64,000 nucleotides of DNA from Eledone cirrhosa (GCA_964016885.1 OZ024745.1:19654001-19718000); one strand, 5' to 3'; shown: positions 12,676 to 27,942, counted from the first letter of the stretch. The notes: a model not told the origin generated them from the letters alone. Translations and numbers: made by a program.

Positions 12676-12676
<1 letters not shown>
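12341..12676 (-). mobile_element. tRNA-derived SINE with RTE 3' tail
   Basis: Reverse complement of the 61455-61900 family; (GAT)n tail. Confidence 0.8.
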
Positions 12677-12708
<32 letters not shown>

Positions 12709-12709
12709 C

Positions 12710-13230
12710 ATGGTGGCTGCCAACTCGTTTTTGAGTACGGCCACTACTTTATATCCATGTAGGATAACCCCTACCCGTGCGCTGATGAGTGTGACTTTTT
12801 AGTCCAGCCAGCGACTTGAAAACTCTGGTACAAATACTACACTTGTGACAATTATTGACACAGTGCTGGGCCCATGGTACCATATGACGACAAGTGCAGA
12901 GAGATCTCCAGATATAACGCAATGCCTGTGCCGTGAAGCTTTTATAGTGAGCAAAGGCACTGCACAAAGCCAGTCCCACTCTCTTAACCAAGATGATATT
13001 TACCAAAAAGAAGAACAAGTCAACATCATTAGATACCATCAGGGTTGCAGGTGTTATATCAGAGTTTTCCTTCTCCTAGAATTCTGCCTTAACAAAGGCT
13101 AAGGGGTCATCTCTCCCGGTGATTTTGGATGGCCATTGACTCTTAAGAGCTCTTTTGCCCTTTGACAGGTCGTTGGCGACTAAACTGGCAACCCCACCAA
13201 GGTTTCTTGGTGAGGAGGGTGACTTTGGAC
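12710..13230 (-). mobile_element. Bipartite RTE derivative (5' UTR + C2H2 finger 3' end)
   Basis: Minus strand HKCSICTRVFKSLAGLKSHTHQR; second copy at 29973-30370. Confidence 0.65.
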
Positions 13231-13764
13231 ATATATATACATACACACATACATACATATACACATATATACACACACACATATATGTATGTATGTGTGT
13301 GTGTGTGCAAAAGGAAAACAGAAATAACAAAGCAAACGACACAGTACAATGAAAAAATATACATATATACATGTAGATATGTACGTATATACATGTAGAT
13401 ATGTATGTATATACATGTATGTATGTATATGATGTATGATATTAAACTTATCGTCCTTACTCACCCATCCTCTCCCTAAACTTTTTTTTAAAGTTAAGTA
13501 CAGCATATATCACTGATATTTATCAAGACTAAGGTATCATAGAAGACACTTGCTGAAGGTGCCATGCAGTGAGACCGAACAATTGAACCACATAGTTACA
13601 AAGGGATATTCTCAACCACGCAAGTCATTCATGTTCCATAAGAAATCATATAAATCTAAAGTCAAGATTAGAATAAAACAAAAGAAGATATTCAATTGAC
13701 ACCTCACACACTATTATTATAAATAGGTATGTATGTAACAGAAATAATATACAATTTATTCCAG

Positions 13765-13833
13765 TATGCTGCATATATGGGTCACTATCAGGTTTCCTAG
13801 CACGTGCCAGTATACTTGTGTAAAGATTGGTGG
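13765..13833 (+). CDS. Candidate host-gene exon (MLHIWVTIRFPSTCQYTCVKIG)
   Basis: Acceptor atttattccAG, donor GG|GTAAAC; single open frame, phase 2-2. Confidence 0.35.
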
Positions 13834-13984
13834 GTAAACAACAACAAAGACAGCAACAATAATAACTTGATTGAATCTAATTCAGCAAGCTTTGCACTGA
13901 GTAGATGTTGAAATGACTGGTTTGGTCTAGTCTGTTCCAATCCTCATTTTTTAAGGTCAGGGACCATGGACAATTTACATCAAT

Positions 13985-16175
13985 GCTATATGATGTTGTA
14001 TGTCAGGGACTAATACTCATCTATATGATGTTATATGTCAGGGACCAATACTCATCTATATGATGTTGTATATCAGGGACCAATACTCATCTATATGATG
14101 TTGTATGTCAGGGACCAATACTCATCTATATGATGTTATATGTCAGGGACCAATACTCATCTATATGATGTTGTATATCAGGGACCAATACTCATCTATA
14201 TGATGTTGTATGTCAGGGACCAATACTCATCTATATGATGTTGTATATCAGGGACCAATACTCATCTATATGATGTTGTATATCAGGGACCAATACTCAT
14301 CTATATGATGTTGTATGTCAGGGACCAATACTCATCTATATGATGTTGTATATCAGGGACCAATACTCATCTATATGATGCTGTATATCAGGGACCAATA
14401 CTCAACTATATGATGCTATATGTCAGGAACCAATACTCATCTATATGATGCTGTATATCAGGGACCAATACTCATCTATATGATGTTGTATGTCAGGGAC
14501 CAATACTCATCTATATGATGCTGTATATCAGGGACCAATACTCATCTATATGATGCTATATGCCAGGGACCAATACTCATCTATATGATGCTATATGTCA
14601 GGGACCAATACTCCTCTATATGATGCTATATGTCAGGGACCAATACTCATCTATATGATGCTATATGTTAGGGACCAATACTCATCTATATGATGCTATA
14701 TGCCAGGGACCAATACTCATCTATATGATGCTATATGTCAGGGACCAATACTCATCTATATGATGCTATATGTCAGGGACCAATACTCCTCTATATGATG
14801 CTATATGTCAGGAACCAATACTCATCTATATGATGCTATATGTCAGGGACCAATACTCCTCTATATGATGCTATATGTCAGGGACCAATACTCATCTATA
14901 TGATGCTATATGTCAGGGACCAATACTCCTCTATATGATGCTATATGTCAGGGACCAATACTCATCTATATGATGCTATATGTCAGGGACCAATACTCAT
15001 CTATATGATGCTATATGTCAGGGACCAATACTCATCTATATGATAATATATGTCAGGAACCAATACTCATCTATATGATGCTATATGTCAGGAACCAATA
15101 CTCATCTATATGATGCTATATGCCAGGGACCAATACTCATCTATATGATGCTATATGTCAGGGACCAATACTCATCTATATGATGCTATATGTCACGAAC
15201 CAATACTCATCTATATGATGCTATATGTCAGGAACCAATACTCATCTATATGATGCTATATGTCAGGAACCAATACTCATCTATATGATGCTATATGTCA
15301 GGAACCAATACTCATCTATATGATGCTATATGTCAGGAACCAATACTCATCTATATGATGCTATATGTCAGGAACCAATACTCATCTATATGATGCTATA
15401 TGTCAGGAACCAATACTCATCTATATGATGCTATATGTCAGGGACCAATACTCATCTATATGATGCTATATGTCAGGAACCAATACTCATCTATATGATG
15501 CTGTATATCAGGGACCAATACTCATCTATATGATGCTATATGTCAGGGACCAATACTCATCTATATGATGCTATATGTCAGGAACCAATACTCATCTATA
15601 TGATGCTATATGTCAGGGACCAATACTCATCTATATGATGCTATATGTCAGGGACCAATACTCCTCTATATGATGCTATATGTCAGGGACCAATACTCAT
15701 CTATATGATGCTATATGCCAGGGACCAATACTCATCTATATGATGCTATATGTCAGGGACCAATACTCATCTATATGATGCTATATGTCAGGAACCAATA
15801 CTCATCTATATGATGCTATATGTCAGGAACCAATACTCATCTATATGATGCTATATGTCAGGAACCAATACTCATCTATATGATGCTATATGTCAGGAAC
15901 CAATACTCATCTATATGATGCTATATGTCAGGGACCAATACTCATCTATATGATGCTATATGTCAGGAACCAATACTCATCTATATGATGCTGTATATCA
16001 GGGACCAATACTCATCTATATGATGCTATATGTTAGGGACCAATACTCATCTATATGATGTTATATATCAGGGACCAATACTCATCTATATGATGCTGTA
16101 TGTCAGGAACCAATACTCATCTATATGATGTTATATGTCGAGGACCTTGGACAATTGCATCAATACTCATCTAAT
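13985..16175. repeat. 35-bp minisatellite, about 62 copies
   Basis: Unit gggaccaatactcatctatatgatgctatatgtca. Confidence 0.95.
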
Positions 16176-17602
16176 GCTGTATGTCCATGATTCTCATTGG
16201 GGGTGGATGGGTGGGGGTGGGGGGTGACATCAGTGGGCCCCAAATCCTCACCCAATCTTTAGTCAGAAGCTGGCTACTGAGCCACAGCTCATCCACCTTT
16301 GTCACAAGGATGAAGCCATTGGCTACATGAAATGTCGCCAAGATGACTAAGGAGTCCCAGGTACCCCGGTTTGGAAATTAGAGTGATCTTTCTCATAAGC
16401 AGACTGCCAACCAAGGCTAATGAGCTCTGTCTACCTGTTTTTTGTTTTTTTATTTAAAACACACTATTCAATAGCTGTTGACTCTTCTATGACAGTGTAC
16501 ATGTAATATTTACTAGAAGCAGAAGGGTGGAAACTCTTCTACCATAATTTCCAGCTATTAGTGACTGAAGCCTAAAATCCGTTTCTGCTCAGTTGAAACA
16601 CAAATACACTGCAATTCCTTGCAAGCTACTCTTGAGCCTCTCTAACTCATAAATAAACTCTTTTGAGTTATTTCTCTACCTTAATCCTCTGTATCTCATA
16701 AATAAAGTCTGTACATAGCAATATCTTACAAACTACTTCTTACTTGGATCCTTTGTATTTCATGAATAAAGCCCCTTATATCAAGTTACTCCTGTACCTT
16801 GATCCTTTATATCTCATGAATAAACCCCCTACATAGTAAGTTACTCCTTTATTTTTCTCTTCTGTAACCCATGAATAAAACCCCTACAGAGCAATGCCTT
16901 GTAAGCCACTCTTGCACATTGATCCTCTGTAAAGTCTGAATGAAAAAGTAACTTGTTATAATCTTGAAAAATATGACAATGTTATCAAACAGTTATTACT
17001 TTCAAAATTAGTGGGTCTCAAACTATTCAACATTTTTTTAAATTACCCATTTATTAAACTCGAAGCTCCAGATATAGTTAACATTTTAAAGTAAACTTCT
17101 CCACAGCCATTACTATTAATATATTGCCTGTAATCCCTACAAAGATCAAAACAAAAGTTCACCAACTAGATTTTATCATCACTATTTTACGTCTATTTTC
17201 TATGCTTGCATGGGTTAAATGAACTGTCACACACTGAGGCTAGACAGGCAAGTCAAACAACTGTGTTTTGCTCATGTTCCATTTTGACATGGTTTCTATG
17301 ACTGGATGCCTTTCCTAACACCAACCATTTCACAACATGTACTGGGTTTATTTTTCCGTGGCTCATAAATTAGATGGGTTGTCATATTATGAGACAAGTC
17401 AGGTCCAGCGACCATGTTATGTTCATACAAATCTGTATTTGGCTAGGTTTCTACAGCTGGATGCCCTTCCTAATGCCAACCGTGTTACAGTGTGGAACAA
17501 ATTAAATGAATTTTCTCATTAGCCATATTCTTAAATACTTTGATTCATACTGTATTATGAATGTACCACCTTGAAGATACAAATCATATTGGCATTATAA
17601 TT

Positions 17603-17804
17603 ACAAGGCTCAACTGAAAAGTTCATAAGCTGACCAAGATAATCTCATGGAATGACCAAATAAGATTTATTTTTCAACATAATCTCTGGAAGGAAACAAT
17701 GCAGTTATTAATAATAATAAGAGTTGAAATTAATGCATGCAAGATTTCACAGCTCTAACATCACTCCTTCATAGTCAGCCTATGGACCTTTCAGCCTACC
17801 CTCG
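17603..17804. mobile_element. mariner-derived MITE
   Basis: ctgaaaagttcataagctga/tcagcctatggacctttcag TIRs with TA flanks; other copies 25370-25568, 37812-38070, 43487-43600. Confidence 0.75.
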
Positions 17805-18164
17805 TAAACAATTGCTAGCAAGCGCTGTTGGTAGCATTGTTTGGAGCCAGCTTGCTTCAAGGGATAGGCTTTGCCAAGGAAGTAATAGGTGTTTATTAAG
17901 ATATACATGTTAGCACTAACATGCTATTTTAAATACATACAAAAGATGAATGTCCCACCTTTCATTCCATCCCAACATAAAAATGTCATGAACTAAACAT
18001 GGTCTCTTGTCCAACATACTTTCAACCCTTCTGGCTCAGTCAGATATGGGGAAATAGATGTCTAAAGATTATGTACCCCAACCACCTCCCTTCCACATCC
18101 TTAATACACCTTTCCTGTCCAACCCAAGCATGCATGGAAAGTAAGACATGCTCCACATCTGGTG

Positions 18165-19920
18165 ACAACTGGTGCCACAACAAAAATCACCCAGTCAACC
18201 CTGTTGGTGGTAGAGCTGATGTCAATAAAAATCACCCAGTCAACCCTGTTGGTGGTAGAGCTGGTGCCACAACAAAAATCACCCGGTCAACCCTGTTGGT
18301 GGTAGAGCTAGTGCCACAACAAAAATCACCCAGTCAACCCTGTTGGTGGTAGAGCTGGTGCCACAACAAAAATCACCCAGTCAACCCTGTTGGTGGTAGA
18401 GCTGGTGCCACAACAAAAATCACCCGGTCAACCCTGTTGGTGGTAGAGCTGGTGCCACAACAAAAATCACCCAGTCAACCCTGTTGGTGGTAGAGCTGGT
18501 GCCACAACAAAAATCACCCAGTCAACCCTGTTGGTGGTAGAGCTGGTGCCACAACAAAAATCACCCGGTCCACTCTGTATGATGGTAGAGCTGGTGCCAC
18601 AACAAAAATCACCCAGTCAACCCTGTTGGTGGTAGAGCTGGTGCCACAACAAAAATCACCCGGTCAACCCTGTTGGTGGTAGAGCTGGTGCCACAACAAA
18701 AATCACCCAGTCAACCCTGTTGGTGGTAGAGCTGGTGCCACAACAAAAATCACCCAGTCAACCCTGTTGGTGGTAGAGCTGGTGCCACAACAAAAATCAC
18801 CCAGTCAACCCTGTTGGTGGTAGAGCTGGTGCCACAACAAAAATCACCCAGTCAACCCTGTTGGTGGTAGAGCTGGTGCCACAACAAAAATCACCCGGTC
18901 CACTCTGTATGATGGTAGAGCTGGTGCCACAACAAAAATCACCCAGTCAACCCTGTTGGTGGTAGAGCTGGTGCCACAACAAAAATCACCCGGTCCACTC
19001 TGTATGATGGTAGAGCTGGTGCCACAACAAAAATCACCCGGTCAACCCTGTTGGTGGTAGAGCTGGTGCCACAACAAAAATCACCCAGTCAACCCTGTTG
19101 GTGGTAGAGCTGGTGCCACAACAAAAATCACCCAGTCAACCCTGTTGGTGGTAGAGCTGGTGCCACAACAAAAATCACCCGGTCCACTCTGTATGATGGT
19201 AGAGCTGGTGCCACAACAAAAATCACCCAGTCAACCCTGTTGGTGGTAGAGCTGGTGCCACAACAAAAATCACCCGGTCCACTCTGTATGATGGTAGAGC
19301 TGGTGCCACAACAAAAATCACCCGGTCCACTCTGTATGATGGTAGAGCTGGTGCCACAACAAAAATCACCCGGTCCACTCTGTATGATGGTAGAGCTGGT
19401 GCCACAACAAAAATCACCCGGTCCACTCTGTATGATGGTAGAGCTGGTGCCACAACAAAAAGCACCTGGTCCACTCTGTATGATGGTAGAGCTGGTGCCA
19501 CAACAAAAAGCACCCGGTCCACTCTGTATGATGGTACTGCTGGTTTCACAATGAAAAGCACACTGTCCCATCTGTATGGTGTCAGAGCCAGTACCACAAC
19601 GAAAAGCACTCACAACACCCTGTATGATGATAGTGCTGCTACCACAACAAAATACGCCCTATCCACTCTGTATGGTGGTAGAGCTGGTGCCACAATGAAA
19701 AGTACTCACAACACCCTATATGGTGGTAGAAGTGGTACCACATTGAAAAGCACCCAGTATATGTTATAATGTGGTTGGCATTAGGAAGAGCATCCATCCA
19801 TAGAAAAGCAAGCCAAGAACAGATCTGTATGAGCAAGACATAGTCAGCTAACTTGGCTAGCCTCATAACATGATAATCTCTCTAACCCATGCATGGAAAA
19901 TAGACAGTAAACGGTGATGA
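18165..19920 (+). repeat. 47/48-bp minisatellite grown inside a SINE/RTE 3' tail
   Basis: Unit gagctggtgccacaacaaaaatcacccagtcaaccctgttggtggta; runs into ggttggcattaggaagagcatcc...catggaaaatagac-(GAT) tail. Confidence 0.9.
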
Positions 19921-20157
19921 TATATACATATACATACATACATACATATATATACATACATACATATATACATACTTCTTTACCAGGATCTATATTGGAA
20001 AACCCCAATATCACCATATATATATATATCACCTTGACCGACCAGTCTGTCGGGCGTCCATTCGGCATCGCTGGTCACAGCACGCTGTCCATTCCTCTCT
20101 GGATTGTGCTTTCCTCATCCTTTTCTTCGTGCTGTTGTAGCCATAAGATGACGCCAT

Positions 20158-20208
<51 letters not shown>

Positions 20209-20368
20209 TATAAATAGCCGTCGAAACGGCTTGAGCTCTGCCGTCGGGGTCATACTATTCCTATATATATATATACATATATATATATACACACACACAC
20301 ATATATATATATATATACACACACACATATACATACACACACACATACATATACATATATATATATAC

Positions 20369-20400
<32 letters not shown>

Positions 20401-20888
20401 TTTGTTTATCTTTCCATTCCTTACATATATTTCTTTCCCCCCTCCCACCTTAAACTTCACTTTCTCTCCAATTCTCTGACTACTTTTAATCTACCACTTT
20501 TCATCTCTCTCTCTCATGTTTCACTGTCATATCTATCTCAGTCTCACTGCATACACCACACATAATAACAATATGTCTGACTAAAATAGATTGATTTGAT
20601 GTGTGTCTGTGTGGGCGTGTGTGCATTAAATATATATGAATTTTTATCAATTCTCTGTATGTGTTTGCGTGTGAGTGTGTGTGTATGTAGCTGGATAGAT
20701 AGATAGATATTCCCTTGCGACCCAAATTCTACCAGAAAGAGGGAGAAAGAGAGAGAGAGAGAGAGAGAGCTTGACAGACAGAGAGCGTGGAAAGATTAGA
20801 ATAGCAAAGAGGGAAATGAAAAGAGAGAGGTGCGAGGGGGAGGAGATAAAATAAAGGAAGGTGTGATAGTGATGTTGGCAATGTGCAG

Positions 20889-20981
20889 GCCCAATGCTAA
20901 TTCTGCAGACTTTCCTTGTGTCCAAGTTGGAAATCTAACAACCACAGAACTGGTCGATAAGTTCAACTGTGCTGTGGAGGG
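20889..20981 (+). CDS. Candidate exon (PNANSADFPCVQVGNLTTTELVDKFNCAVE)
   Basis: Unique-sequence island between microsatellites; AG acceptors at 20888 or 20908; only a weak GC donor (GG|GCAAGC). Confidence 0.25.
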
Positions 20982-21089
20982 GCAAGCTAGCTTGCTTGTA
21001 ATATCTCCTGCTTGATAAATGGAGGCTGCTGCCACTGTTATTGTTGAGTCTGTTATGGTGGATGTTGTGCCAATGAAAAGGTGTGTGTA

Positions 21090-21124
<35 letters not shown>

Positions 21125-21632
21125 GCATGTGTGTCTGTCTGTGTATATATGCCCGTGTGTCTGTGTATATATGTGTATGTATGCCTGTGTGTGTGTGTGT
21201 GTGTACTTGAAAGTATATCTATTCAGTGTACCAACATGCATATCAGTAGTTTCTCAGCGTGTAGCAGTCAAAGATATCTATGTACATGAGCATATGTATA
21301 CCTGAGAAAATGGCATGTATGCATGTGTATAATTGAGTATATATTGATATATATTATTGAATAATATCATCATCATCATCATCCTCATTTAACAGCAGTT
21401 GTGTATATAAAATTTAAATTGTGCAAGTGCCTGTGTTTGGAGAATTACATGCAGGTATCGCTGTGTGGTTAACAAGTTTACTTGCAGTAATGAGGTCCCA
21501 GCTGGTTTTCCAACAGTTATATGGTAGCTTAAACAAGTGTTCTTTAAGCATAGCCTCAGGCTGACATGGCAAAATCCCAGAATTCCATTGGATTGACTGT
21601 ACTTTTAATATATATATGGCTAGCCATGTGAC

Positions 21633-22155
21633 CAGGGCCAGACTTTCATCTGTTGAAGCCCTAAGCTATTTGAAATTTGAGACCCTTCTATAAAAATTTT
21701 TTAAAAAAATAATTATACATTATTACTATTTATTAATGATTACAAAATAAAATTATATATATATAAGTTTATCCCGGGTTCAATCGGGGGTAACCACAGT
21801 AAGTAAGGTACTCAATACAAAGCAGAGTATAAATATTTAATATAGAAATGGCTTCTACAGGACTAGAACTGTTTCATTCGGGAAAAATCATCCTGATGAT
21901 TTCTCCCGAATGAAACAGTAGTCCTGTAGAAGCCTTTCTATATTAAATATATATATATATAATATATGTAAATATATATATTTAAATAATATATATAATA
22001 TATATACATATGCATGTATGTATATATATATTTAAATAATATATATAATTTTTGATGATTTAGTGTTAAAGAATAAAAACTGATAAAATAAAAATATTTT
22101 TTTTTTAAATGAGGCCCCTGGGGGTGTGTGGCCCAAGCCTATAGGTCCAGCACTG
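21633..22155. mobile_element. hAT-type MITE
   Basis: CAGGGCC...GCACTG ends; degenerate 8-bp flanks catgtgac/cttgtcac. Confidence 0.65.
21765..21950. mobile_element. Penelope-like palindromic insert with HHR core (family E)
   Basis: Palindrome centred near 21892; CTGATGA 21893-21899, GAAA 21912-21915, CAG/CTG stem III, GTA triplet; embedded in (TA)n. Confidence 0.65.
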
Positions 22156-22509
22156 CTTGTCACAAACTGTGTTACACAGAATCTACTTGAAGACTACATA
22201 AGGAATACTCAACCATCACTTACACTATAATTCAATAAGTAGGTCGTTCGATTGATCAATCAACTGGAACGTTCATTATCAAAACAATGCAGAAACTATG
22301 TAGTTTACTTCTTTTTTTATTTACCTATGTATATAAACCATGAAATTCATTTGATTGTGTTTACCGGAGTAAAGGTATGTCTGTGAAAAAATAGCAAGTC
22401 TGTATGAGATGGGAGAGCAAATATGTTAATCTATATTATAAGTGTACAATCTGTCTGTCACACTCACTTTATATAGAGAGAGGGGAATGCCAAGCAAGAG
22501 ATATGTACA

Positions 22510-23280
22510 TAGTGTTGGTGACACGACAAAAAAGCACCCAGCCTACCATGTAAAGTGGTCATGTTGGTGACTCGACAAAAAGCACCCAGCCTACCATGTA
22601 AAGTGGTCATGTTGGTGACTCAACAAAAAGCACCCAGCCTACCATGTAAAGTGGTCATGTTGGTGACTCGACAAAAAGCAGCCATGTTGATGACACGACA
22701 AAAAGCAGCCAGTCTACCATGTAAAGTGGTCATGTTGGTGACTCGACAAAAAGCAGCCATGTTGATGACACGACAAAAAGCACCCAGCCTACCATGTAAA
22801 GTGGTCATGTTGGTGACTCGACAAAAAGCACCCAGTCTACCATGTAAAGTGGTCATGTTGGTGACTCGACAAAAAGCAGCCATGTTGATGACACGACAAA
22901 AAGCAGCCATGTTGATGACACGACAAAAAGCAGCCAGTCTACCATGTAAAGTGGTCATGTTGGTGACATGACAAAAAGCAGCCAGTCTACCATGTAAAGT
23001 GGTCATGTTGGTGACATGACAAAAAGCAGCCAGTCTACCATGTAAAGTGGTCATGTTGGTGACATGACAAAAAGCAGCCAGTCTACCATGTAAAGTGGTT
23101 GATTTGGTACCATGACAACAAGCAGCCAGTCAACACAGTAAATGTGGTTGCATTAGGAAGAGCATCCAGCTGTAGAAATAAAACCAGAATCAGTTCTTAA
23201 TGAGCAAGACAGTCACCTGATCTGATCACCTGTCTAACCCATGCTAGCGTAGAAAATGGCCGTTAAACAGATGATGATGT
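22510..23280 (+). repeat. 45/24-bp composite minisatellite inside a SINE/RTE tail
   Basis: gtggtcatgttggtgactcgacaaaaagcacccagcctaccatgtaaa units, then ttaggaagagcatccagctgtag...(GAT) tail. Confidence 0.85.
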
Positions 23281-25679
23281 GGTATATGTATGTGCTGAGT
23301 GTGTTTACATACATACGTGTATGTGTGTGTGTGTGTAATTAATACTGTGCCAATGTTGGAGACCATTTCTCTTATCTTAATACTTTATGGTCACACATAA
23401 ATATTCTACTGTTTACCTTAATTAGTGGGTAGGTGTCTCTGTCTGCTTGTGTGTGTGTCTGTGTCTCGCTGTGCACCTGTGTATATGTGTCTGCCTGGCT
23501 CTGTGTATGTGTATGTATGTGTGTGTGTATCTGTGTATGTATGAGTGTGTGTCTCGCTGTGCACTTGTGTATATGTGTCTGTCTGGCTCTCTGTGTGTGT
23601 GTATGTGTATGTGTATCTGTGTAAGTATGTATGTATGTGTATGTGTGTGCCTGTTTATAAATACCATCTGACTTATCTATGCAGAAGTTAAAGTTTTGAC
23701 TGCTGCTAATAACTGCTGATCCTTCAACGAGGGAACCTCTACCTGGTTGCTCTATTTGCTAGATATAGTAGCCAAACTTCCTTCAAATCACGCACTATTT
23801 TCTTAAATAGAGAAATGACACACTGAAATAAACTAGTTCTAGCTCACCATCACCACCACCATTTTACACCTAATTTTTCATGCTTGCATCTTCTTCTTCT
23901 TCACCCACTTAATCCTGGGAGGGTCATGTAGGCAGAGTCCTGAAACACTCCTTCCGGCAGGTCTTATTGTTCTTCCTAAACTACAGTATCAGAGCCAGAG
24001 AACTTTATTGAAGAAACCCTGACTATATCTAGCCAGTAGCATCTAGCTTCTTCCACTACTTCCTACTCCTTACTTGTAAGGGTTGTGATGTTCCAGGTTC
24101 CAACTGTTAAGATTTTCTCCCTTCCGGACCCTCTTTGAGGTCTTGGGATAGGCAAACTTTGTAATTGCATTGAAAGTAAAATTAGTTAGACAATAACTAG
24201 TGTGTGAGGTAGAAATACCTGCCAAACGGACTGTATCTAAATCAAGGTACCAGTCTATCACAGGTGTCACACTAAATCTTTTTCCATTTATTCCTTGGAG
24301 GGTCGTGGGGAGCAGAATCATTAAGAACTATTTCCAGCAGGTCCTGTCAGAAGCAACCAGCTCCTATTGATTAGGGCTGGATCCCCAGTGTAGTACTGGT
24401 CTTATCAGTGTCACACTAAATCTACCTGTCTAAAAGTCTAAAGTCTGTCTCAAGCCAGTAGGCTCATCAGGTCAGGACCTTACACTGGTTTCCTTGGCAT
24501 TGAACAACAGAGAATACAAGACTCCCTCACCCCGGGACAGGACACCAGTCTATCACAAGGTTAAATGAAGTGTTTTACTCAAGAACACAACATACAACCC
24601 TGTCCAAGAATCAAACCCACGATATCATGATATGATCGTAAGTCCAACACCCTAACCACTAGGCCACGCACCTTCACTACACCTGCACGCCTGATCTACT
24701 GTAGATAATATTGTCAGATAAGCCAGTATATATTGCCAACAACCTCATAAACTGAAGCCATGTAGAAATGAAGCGTTCAGCCTAGAAATATGAGATGCCT
24801 GCAATAGATAAGAACTGAAAACTAAAGAGTAAGGTGGGTGGGTTGGTGGTAGTCCAATATATTCTTACAGTTGACAATTTCTCTTACCTCTATTATGACA
24901 CACACACGTATACACAAATACACACATGTATATTCACATGTACATATAGACACACACACATACGTATATACACGCAAACACAAACGTCTACATAGAAACG
25001 TGTATAGATAGAGACGTTGAGAGATAGAGAGTTGAGAGGTAAGGTAGGGTTATCGCAACATACATGAATGGACATCACTGTATCTCTTTAACACGTACCT
25101 TATGGGATAGTGTACCAGTTGTAAATTGGTAAGAGAGAATGTTTTAAATTAAATAATTGTTTCTACTTTAGGCACAAGGCCAGCAATTACCCAGTGCATT
25201 ACTGGTACTTTATTTTATCGACCCCGTAAGGATGAAAGGCAAAGTTATTCTCGGCGGGATTTGAACTCAGACCGTAAAGGGACGTAACTATGCTGGAAAG
25301 CATGGCGTCCGACTAAATGTCCGATAAAGAATTGAAGAAAATAAGGAAGAAAAGAAGGAAGAAAACTGTAGGTCGAAGGTCGACTGAACAGTTCATAGGC
25401 TGACTATGAAGGAGTGATGCTAGAGCCGTGAAATCTGGCATGTCTGAATTCCAACTATTAATAGCTGCATTTTTTTCTTTCCATGGACTATGTTGAAAAA
25501 TAAACCTCATTTGGTCATTCCATGGGAGTATCTTAATCAGGCTATGAACCTTTCAGACGACCCACGTAATTGATTAATTTTCTTTTCTAAGCTAGGAAGT
25601 TGGTTCGACAGTTACAATGGTGAACTGAAAAATACTGTTAAAAAACGAATGATAAACAGGACAGCACAAAGTACAGAGA

Positions 25680-27228
25680 CGTCACTGGCCATGATACAGC
25701 ACCAATCATAACATCCTGTTACTGGCCATGATACATCACCAACCATACCATCCTTTGTATCCTGTCACTAGCCATGATACAGCACCAACCATACCATCCT
25801 ATGTATCCTGTCACTGGCCATGATACAGCACCAACCATACCATCCTATGTATCCTGTCACTAGCCATGATACAGCACCAACCATACCATCCTATGTATCC
25901 TGTCACTGGCCATGATACAGCACCAACCATACCATCCTATGTATCCTGTCACTAGCCATGATACAGCACCAACCATACCATCCTATGTATCCTGTCACTA
26001 GCCATGATACAGCACCAACCATACCATCCTATGTATCCTGTCACTGGCCATGATACAGCACCAACCATACCATCCTATGTATCCTGTCACTGGCCATGAT
26101 ACAGCACCAACCATACCATCCTATGTATCCTGTCACTGGCCATGATACAGCACCAACCATACCATCCTATGTATCCTGTCACTAGCCATGATACAGCACC
26201 AACCATACCATCCTATGTGTCCTGTCACTGGCCATGATACAGCACCAACCATACCATCCTATGTATCCTGTCACTGGCCATGATACAGCACCAACCATAC
26301 CATCCTATGTATCCTGTCACTAGCCATGATACAGCACCAACCATACCATCCTATGTATCCTGTCACTGGCCATGATACAGCACCAACCATACCATCCTAT
26401 GTATCCTGTCACTGGCCATGATACAGCACCAACCATACCATCCTATGTATCCTGTCACTGGCCATGATACAGCACCAACCATACCATCCTATGTATCCTG
26501 TCACTGGCCATGATACAGCACCAACCATACCATCCTATGTATCCTGTCACTAGCCATGATACAGCACCAACCATACCATCCTATGTATCCTGTCACTGGC
26601 CATGATACAGCACCAACCATACCATCCTATGTATCCTGTCACTAGCCATGATACAGCACCAACCATACCATCCTATGTATCCTGTCACTGGCCATGATAC
26701 AGCACCAACCATACCATCCTATGTATCCTGTCACTGGCCATGATACAGCACCAACCATACCATCCTATGTATCCTGTCACTAGCCATGATACAGCACCAA
26801 CCATACCATCCTATGTATCCTGTCACTGGCCATGATACAGCACCAACCATACCATCCTATGTATCCTGTCACTGGCCATGATACAGCACCAACCATACCA
26901 TCCTATGTATCCTGTCACTAGCCATGATACAGCACCAACCATACCATCCTATGTATCCTGTCACTGGCCATGATACAGCACCAACCATACCATCCTATGT
27001 ATCCTGTCACTAGCCATGATACAGCACCAACCATACCATCCTATGTATCCTGTCACTGGCCATGATACAGCACCAACCATACCATCCTATGTATCCTGTC
27101 ACTGGCCATGATACAGCACCAACCATACCATCCTATGTATCCTGTCACTAGCCATGATACAGCACCAACCATACCATCCTATGTATCCTGTCACTGGCCA
27201 TGATACAGCACCAACCATACCATCCTAC
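25680..27228. repeat. 46-bp minisatellite, about 33 copies
   Basis: Unit tatcctgtcact(g/a)gccatgatacagcaccaaccataccatcctatg. Confidence 0.95.
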
Positions 27229-27513
27229 AGAGCAGTGGAATATAAAACCAGCTGATGTGATGTTGAGCGGTTAGGCTAATTCTTCCTCTTTTTATCACTC
27301 AATTTCTTTCTTGTTTCTATAAACTTCCCCTCTCTCTCTCTCTTTCTCTATCTCACACACACGACACAATCTACAAATCGACAGCTACAGAATTACAAAC
27401 TCAGAGACAAATACACACACATACAAACATATGTGTGTGTGTGTGTGTATATATATATACTACTACCTTGATTAAATCTTAACCATTTAACATCTCAGGG
27501 TATGTCATGTATC

Positions 27514-27576
27514 ATTATATTTTGTCTGATGAGGACGTACTGTTGTACATCTGAAATATGTATAATAAAATGTAAT
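27514..27576 (+). ncRNA. Hammerhead ribozyme, diverged family B
   Basis: 12-bp stem I attatattttgt/ataaaatgtaat; CTGATGA 27526-27532; stem II ggacgtac/gtacatct; GAAA 27553-27556; T-atgt-A-TA. Confidence 0.8.
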
Positions 27577-27898
27577 TGATAAAAAGAACATCTATTTTAT
27601 TAATATTTGTATTTTAATATTAATAACTCTGGAAAATTATTTTCCATAGAGTGCTTCCAATCTACTGTAAAACTCATTCTTTGATATATTGTTTAACTCT
27701 TTAATATATATTTAAAATCTTTTCCTGGGTCCTGTATTTTCGTTGTTCTAGTGATGCGGCTGGACTGCCGACTGCTAAGCTGTCTGAACGTAATGTGATT
27801 ACTCTGGGGTCCTTCCTCATCCGAGTGCTAAAGCTACAGACCGATTATGCATTCGTTAGCTTGGCCGTGTTCTAAAGCTTCGTCAATGCTGTACTAAA

Positions 27899-27942
<44 letters not shown>

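Noticed and set aside
12780-12800. CTGATGA motif
   Set aside because: No stem II or GAAA in register; lies in an RTE 3' fragment and is not conserved in the 30045 copy
16263-16360. Exon-like segment
   Set aside because: Stops in all three frames; adjoins a decayed RTE UTR
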